Origin: Cetorhinus maximus
Taxonomy: Eukaryota
Length of the DNA stretch: 64,000 nucleotides
Assembly: GCF_964194155.1 (NCBI RefSeq)
Contig: NC_135917.1
Coordinates: forward strand, 6,386,001-6,450,000
Direction of reading: 5' to 3'
Notes under the pieces: generated by a model
What the model saw: only the letters and a program-made list of their open reading frames with translations
Told to the model about the DNA's origin: nothing
Database searches by the model: none
Program-made: the position numbers and the translations under genes
Shown here: positions 61,190 to 64,000 of the stretch, one piece after another
Layout: every line of letters starts with the position of its first letter
Numbering within the stretch: position 1 is the stretch's first letter

Positions 61190-62130
61190 TAAAAATGCAT
61201 TTATGGGATGTGGGCATCACTGGCTAGGCCAGCATTTATTGCCCATCCCTAATTGAGAAGGTGGTTGTGAGCTACCTTCTTGAAATGCTGCAGTCCATGT
61301 GGTGTAGGTACACCCACAGTGCTGTTAGGGAGGGAGTTCCAGGATTTTGACCCAGCGACAGTGAAGGAACAGTGATATATTTCCAAGTCAGGATGGTGAG
61401 TGGCTTGGAGGGGAACTTCCAGGTGGTGGTGTTCTCATGTATCTGCTGACTGTGTCCTTCTAGATGGAAGTAGTTGTGGGTTTGGAAGGTGCTGTCTAAG
61501 GAGGCTTGGTGAATTCCTGCAGTGCATCTTGTAGATGGTACACACTGCTGCTACTGTGCGTCAGTGGTGGATGTTTGTGGATGTGGTGCCAATCAAGCAG
61601 GCTGCTTTGTCCTGGACAGTGTCAAGCTTCTTGAGTGTTGTGGGAGCTGCACTCATCCAGGCAAGTGGGGAGTATTCCATCACACTCCTGACTTGTGCGT
61701 TGTAGATGATGGACAGGCTTTGTGGAGTCAGGAAGTGAGTTACTCGTCACAGGATTCCTAGCCTCTGACCTGCTCTTGTAGCCATAGTATTTATATGGCT
61801 AGTCCAGTTCAGTTTCTGGTTAATGGTAACCCCCAGGATGTTGATAGTGGGGGATTCAGTGATGGCAATGCCATTGAACCTCAAGGGCTGATGGTTAGAT
61901 TCTCCCTTGTTGGAGATGTTCATTGCTTGTGTGGTGCAAAAGTTACTTGCCATTTGTCAGCCCAAGCCTGGATATTGTCCAGGTCTTGCTGCATTTGGAC
62001 ATGGACTGCTTCAGTATCTGAGGAGTTGCGAATGGTGCTGAACATTGTGCAATCATCAGCGAACATCCCCACTTCTGACCTTATGATGGAAGGAAGGTCA
62101 TTGATGAAGCAGCTGAAGATGGTTGGGCCA
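61190..62130 (-). mobile_element. CR1/Jockey-group LINE 3' portion
   Basis: Minus-strand FNGIAITESPTINILGVTINQKLNWTSHIN and the same 3' tail as 5717-7617. Confidence 0.88.
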
Positions 62131-62299
62131 AAGATAAATAACCCAAGCTCTCGTTATCAGATCATAAGATATATATTAATTCACCCAGAAAATAGCTATT
62201 GATCCCTCCATTGTAGCATTTAACTTCTTCATTTATTCAGCTCGATGTTGTCAATGGGGAGTTAGGGTGGAGTGATTGTTGACTTTTTTCTGGATGAAT

Positions 62300-62705
62300 G
62301 AGCTCTTATATAAGCACAGAAAAGGATGTTAGTCAAGAAGGGGTAAGGATGTTTAGAACTGAAAAATACCATCTTTGTAACTGGCAGTGAATGAATGGCA
62401 CAGAAGCTTAACAGGTATTTTGTCTCAATTTTCAAAGGGAAGCTGAAAGTCGGAAGCTGGGTGTATTGGGGAGGCACCACTACAGGAGATAAATCTTAAA
62501 AGGAGCAATTTAAAAAATCTTATGGACTGCAAGTAGAAAAGGCATGCAGCTCAGATGATTGGAGGAGGTTGGGAAGAGATAGAGGAGGCTCAAACTGTAA
62601 TTTTCCCAAAACCTTCAGAAACAGGAATTGTTCCACAGGACCAGAGGGTAGTAGGTGTAACACTATTGCTTAAGGAAGGGAAGTGGGAAAGAAGCAGGAA
62701 ATTAT
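62300..62705 (+). mobile_element. Highly decayed CR1 fragment
   Basis: MAQKLNRYFVSIF-like and IFPKPSETGIVPQD-RV--VT-L-K-G remnants. Confidence 0.5.
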
Positions 62706-62739
62706 ACGAAAACCATGAACAACTTGGTGAAAACAGTCA

Positions 62740-62935
62740 GTTTTTAGGAGAGTCTTAAAGGACAAGAGGCAAGTTTAGAGGCAGAAGGGTTTCGGGAGGA
62801 CAGCTCAGAGCACACAGGTGAGACCACTGAACGTAGACCTGCCAAGGGTGGGGTGAGGAAAGGGAGGAATACACAGGAGATCAGAGGAACAGAGAGTCGA
62901 AGAGTGCTGTAGGGCTGGAAGAGTTTATTGAAGTA
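62740..62935 (-). mobile_element. Decayed L2 3' fragment
   Basis: The reverse complement resembles 13230-13420 (ttccagc...ccctcc...cctctaaac...cctttaagac). Confidence 0.45.
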
Positions 62936-63544
62936 GGCAAGCACACCGGGCAAGAAGCATTAGTGCTGATGATGTATCAGGAACAAAAGGACCAACGGAA
63001 AACCTGACAGGCTGACTTCCCTCCATTTACAATGGCAGTTGGATTCTTCTGGGCGCAGCTTCTGTCCATTCTGGAGCCAACAGGAAACATTTGAGAGATC
63101 GGGGGCCACACTATTTCCCACCCCTTTCAGTGCTGTCGTGCCAGAGAGACATATCTGTGCACATGCCATGCATCAAAGTGCCTTTTGAGGGCATGTGTGT
63201 GCAACACAAAACTGGGTGCTCTCATCTGTCATATGAATATTAAGTAGCAAATCTCCCATGGCATGACTCATGGTGAGTTATGATTCAAATTTACAGTTTG
63301 ATGAGTCTGCTCCACAGCACTAGCTAGTGGCCAGAGACTGTAACCACACAGAGACTCAAATTTACTGCAGAGTTACATGGGCATGAGTGGGAAAGAGAGT
63401 TGATGGACCTGAGTGTACTAACTGGAGAAAAACCTTCTTTAGTACCATCAGTGGTTGAAAGATCTGTCTTAACTGCTACAGGGTTAAAAACATCCCTGTC
63501 AATGCCCAGGCTTTTGAGACTGGCTGAGAGGTTCCATAAAAATT

Positions 63545-63980
63545 GGTTTCATTGTGGCTCTTGCCTCTGAATCACAAGGTTCTGGGTTCAAGTCCCACTC
63601 CAGAGACTTGAGCACAAAATTCAAGGCTCACACTGCGGGAGCACTACACTGTTGGAGGTGCTGTCTTTCAGATGAGATGTTAAGACCCATTTGCTTTCTC
63701 AGATGGATGTAAAAGATTCCATGGCACTATTTTGAAGAAGAACAGGGGAGTTCTCCCTGATGCCTTGGCCAATATTTATCCTTCAATCAACATCACTAAA
63801 ACAGATTATCTGGTCATTATCACATTGCTGATTGTGGGAGCTTGCTGTGCACAAATTAGCTGTTGTGTTTTCTACATTACAACAGGGGCTACATTTCAAA
63901 AAGTATTTCATTGGCTGTAAAGTGCTTTGTAATGTCCTGAGATTGTGAAAGGCACTTGCAGAAATGCAAGTCTTTTTTAA
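63545..63980 (+). mobile_element. Deu-domain SINE (SacSINE1/AmnSINE1-like) with L2-type tail
   Basis: B-box GGTTCAAGTCCC; Deu core gtgggagcttgctgtgcacaaattagctg...ttcattggctgtaaagtgcttt; tail aaaggcac...aaatgcaagtctttt. Confidence 0.8.
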
Positions 63981-64000
63981 AATTGTAATGAAGGCACTGA

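Overview
Vertebrate genomic DNA, probably from a cartilaginous fish. That is inferred from the repeats: CR1 and L2 LINEs, a Deu-domain SacSINE1-like SINE and Penelope-like foldback elements. Positions 1-56958 are a head-to-tail tandem array of a 12-17 kb unit, and each unit carries an intact + strand 9-exon type II (keratin-8-like) keratin gene (ATGs at 8430, 25412, 37432, 53116). Exons 1-8 are almost identical in all four copies. Copies 1-3 end in one terminal exon (9A, ...[19 protein letters not shown]). Homology in copy 4 stops abruptly inside intron 8 at about 56958, and this copy splices in the same phase to a different keratin tail exon (9B, ...[24 protein letters not shown]) with its own poly(A) signal. 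The simplest reading is an intron-8-to-intron-8 duplication between two neighbouring keratin genes, which created and amplified chimeric keratins (body of gene B plus tail of gene A) that were then homogenised by gene conversion or unequal crossover. The spacers are decayed transposable elements with copy-specific insertions (a solo LTR, a foldback element) and deletions. Positions 57.3-64 kb are non-array, TE-rich DNA. Splice junctions were read by eye; no alignments or database searches were run, and TE boundaries are approximate.
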